Both the position numbers and the translations under genes were made by a program. The notes under the pieces are model-generated. The model saw only the letters and a list, made by a program, of their open reading frames with translations, searched no databases and had not been told where the DNA came from. A DNA stretch of 64,000 nt from a bacterium (lineage in GTDB: Bacteria; Hinthialibacterota; Hinthialibacteria; Hinthialibacterales; Hinthialibacteraceae), in the NCBI GenBank assembly GCA_963662285.2, contig CAXXMV010000002.1, positions 1,216,001 through 1,280,000 of the forward strand, read 5' to 3'. Each line of letters begins with the position of its first letter. The stretch's first letter is position 1. Positions 61,907 through 64,000 of this stretch are shown here, piece by piece.

Positions 61907-63163
61907 ATGGGTCAATTATACCGCCTGAGTTTTATGGTGCTTTATTTGTCTATCGGTTTTGTTGAGGTTAACGCTGTTGAGCAATGGGAGGCGGAAGTTC
62001 TGCCATCAGAACGCTTTATTACTCAGGATGAAACATCCGGGGCTAAATTGATTTTCGTCACCCGTTCTGAGGCCAGCGACGTCAACGCCTATTTCCATCA
62101 ACGCGCATGGCTCAAGGATGAATCGGTGCTCTTTTTCTATAGCGACCGGACGGGGCGCAATGAGGTCTTCGGTTATCTCGAAGAGACCGGCGAATTGATC
62201 CGTTTGCAGCGCGACGGCGACGAGCATATAGATAATTTCACCGCCGGATTATTCGATAATGTATTGTATTTCGCGCGCGGTAAGAAAGTTTATCAATGGC
62301 GCTTGAAGGTTACGGTCTCTCCCAATCCCGCAGAGCAGAGATCGAAAATTGAGGTAACCGAGCTTTTAGTGGCCCATTTCCCCCCGGATGCGGGAGACCG
62401 GATGCTGGGCATCAGCGAGAGTAGCTGCGGCGAGGGCATCGTGGTGGCATTCAACAGCATCGGGCCTCATGCAAACCGGATAGTTTGGATTGATAAAAAG
62501 ATCGCAGAGGCTCATGAGATAGCGGCGGTTGATTATCCCATCACCCATATTCAGTGCAGCTGGGAGACGCCGGATTTGGTCAGTTTTGCCAGGGAGTATC
62601 CCGGAGAGGGAAGCGACCGGGCCATGAATATCCCCACCAATGGCGAGATGCGCGCGCGGATTCATTTAGCCGATTTAAGCGACCGCTGTCCGTGGCCCGT
62701 TTATCCACAAGTCAAAGGCGAACTGGTGACTCACGAATCATGGTGGGTGCATGATCAGATAATCTTCTGTTCGGGAGAGAACAATAATGGCCACGCCGAA
62801 GAGGCGCATGTCAAAGTTTATGATCCACGCATTAACCGCACTTATATCATTGGTCCCGGTTCATGGTGGGAAGGATGCACTCCCGAAGAGGTTTCCAAGG
62901 TCAACTACTGGCATTCATCCGGTTCGCCTGATGGAAGATTCGCGGCGGGAGACAACTGGCATGGCGATATTGCCCTGTTCAGCGCAAAAACAGCGCGCAC
63001 CAGGATACTAACCCAGGGACACCGCACCTACGGCAAAGGCGCTCATCCCCACGTCGGTTGGAGCCCCTCAAGCAGCAAACTGCTATTCGCCTCAAACCGT
63101 TTCGGCAATGTAGACGTCTGCATCGCTGTTATGCCGGATGAGTGGCTTAATACGAATTGGTGA
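61907..63163 (+). CDS. Secreted oligogalacturonate-lyase-like beta-propeller
   Basis: DETSGAKL, AYFHQRAW, THESW, YWH, HPHVGWSP...LFASN. ATG at 61907 gives a signal peptide. Confidence 0.75.
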   Translation: MGQLYRLSFMVLYLSIGFVEVNAVEQWEAEVLPSERFITQDETSGAKLIFVTRSEASDVNAYFHQRAWLKDESVLFFYSDRTGRNEVFGYLEETGELIRLQRDGDEHIDNFTAGLFDNVLYFARGKKVYQWRLKVTVSPNPAEQRSKIEVTELLVAHFPPDAGDRMLGISESSCGEGIVVAFNSIGPHANRIVWIDKKIAEAHEIAAVDYPITHIQCSWETPDLVSFAREYPGEGSDRAMNIPTNGEMRARIHLADLSDRCPWPVYPQVKGELVTHESWWVHDQIIFCSGENNNGHAEEAHVKVYDPRINRTYIIGPGSWWEGCTPEEVSKVNYWHSSGSPDGRFAAGDNWHGDIALFSAKTARTRILTQGHRTYGKGAHPHVGWSPSSSKLLFASNRFGNVDVCIAVMPDEWLNTNW

Positions 63164-63306
63164 AAACCAAACAGGAATGAATGGAGCAAAGCGGAATTTC
63201 GTCTCATCTTTGGATAACAAAATTGAAAAAGGATTAATGGATATTAGAGAAGAGCCGGGGCGCAGAAAATATCCTGCGCCCCGGTTTATATTTTGCGCCC
63301 TATTTG

Positions 63307-64000
63307 CTATTGCCGTCCACCTCTAATTTTCATTAGTTTTTTCAATAGGCGTTTAGCGGTTATGGGGTGTTGCGCGATTACATCAGTCGTCTCGGATGGA
63401 TCGTTTTTTAGGTCGAACAGGGTATATGGTTTTTGGAATGGCTTGCCGCCGGGTTTTTCGCGTCCGCCGGAGCCGTTGCTGAATACCATTTTCCAGCGTC
63501 CCTCACGCAACGCGAATGTGCCGTTGACTGAATGATGAATGACTGGCGGTCTGTTGATATCCTTAGTTCTGCCTTCGATGATGGGCAGCAGGCTGAAACT
63601 GTCTTCGCCGACGTTGTGAGGCTTTGCGTATCCGGTTATCTCTGAGCAGGTGGCGAAGAAATCGGTCAGACATATCGTCGCGTCGCTTTTGGTATCGGCT
63701 TGGGCGACTCCCGGCCAGCGCACTATAAATGGTACGCGATGACCCGCTTCCCAGATGTCGGCTTTGGTGCCGCGTAAACGTCCATTGGGCTGGTGGTTGG
63801 ATGGCTTAAAGCCTTGAATGGCTGGCTGATCAACATGATCCGGCTCGTTCTCGTTTTTGCGGAACATATAGGAGCCGTTATCGCTGCTGTAGATCACCAG
63901 CGTTTCATCTGCCACGCCCATCTTATCCAGCGCCTTCATCACCTGACCGACTGACCAATCCACCTGATGTACGAAATCGCCATAAGGGCCTTGCGCGGTT
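63307..64000 (-). CDS. Sulfatase (arylsulfatase-like), C-terminal part, 5' end outside the window
   Basis: YSSDNG, RGTKADIWEAGHRVPFIVRWPG, LFDLKNDPSE. Confidence 0.93.
   Translation of the reverse strand, partial: TAQGPYGDFVHQVDWSVGQVMKALDKMGVADETLVIYSSDNGSYMFRKNENEPDHVDQPAIQGFKPSNHQPNGRLRGTKADIWEAGHRVPFIVRWPGVAQADTKSDATICLTDFFATCSEITGYAKPHNVGEDSFSLLPIIEGRTKDINRPPVIHHSVNGTFALREGRWKMVFSNGSGGREKPGGKPFQKPYTLFDLKNDPSETTDVIAQHPITAKRLLKKLMKIRGGRQ

Overview
Bacterial genomic window, probably from a poorly characterised PVC-like candidate lineage (inferred from the 16S 5' signature, the PNFLNAQ-type prepilin-like protein and the many PQQ-like propellers). It has four parts. (1) 1-9.3 kb: LPS heptosyltransferase, two decayed toxin-antitoxin loci, CocE hydrolase, B12 radical SAM enzyme, HU and two WD40 paralogs. 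(2) 9.9-15.7 kb: a complete rrn operon (16S, tRNA-Ile, tRNA-Ala, 23S, 5S). (3) 19-48 kb, the main point of interest: a co-oriented cluster with nine PQQ-like/BamB-like beta-propellers, a CxxC-bearing GT4, a LolD/MacB-type ABC exporter, an NHL-like propeller with a CGCC motif, Tat-type Fe-S proteins, a NapH/MauN-like membrane polyferredoxin and a HydBC/Bfu-type NADH module with electron-bifurcation motifs. No recognisable catalytic subunit is present, so this is a candidate undescribed trans-envelope redox system. (4) 48-64 kb: zwf and a lactonase, then a compositionally mosaic accessory region with Lit-like and SIR2-like defence candidates, a sigma54-driven orphan, PtsN-ClC-USP, BrnTA, REP/MITE-like palindromes, a pilin-like gene, an Ogl-like propeller and a partial sulfatase. 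No CRISPR array, integrase or transposase was seen. All family calls come from motif recognition by eye, not database searches.
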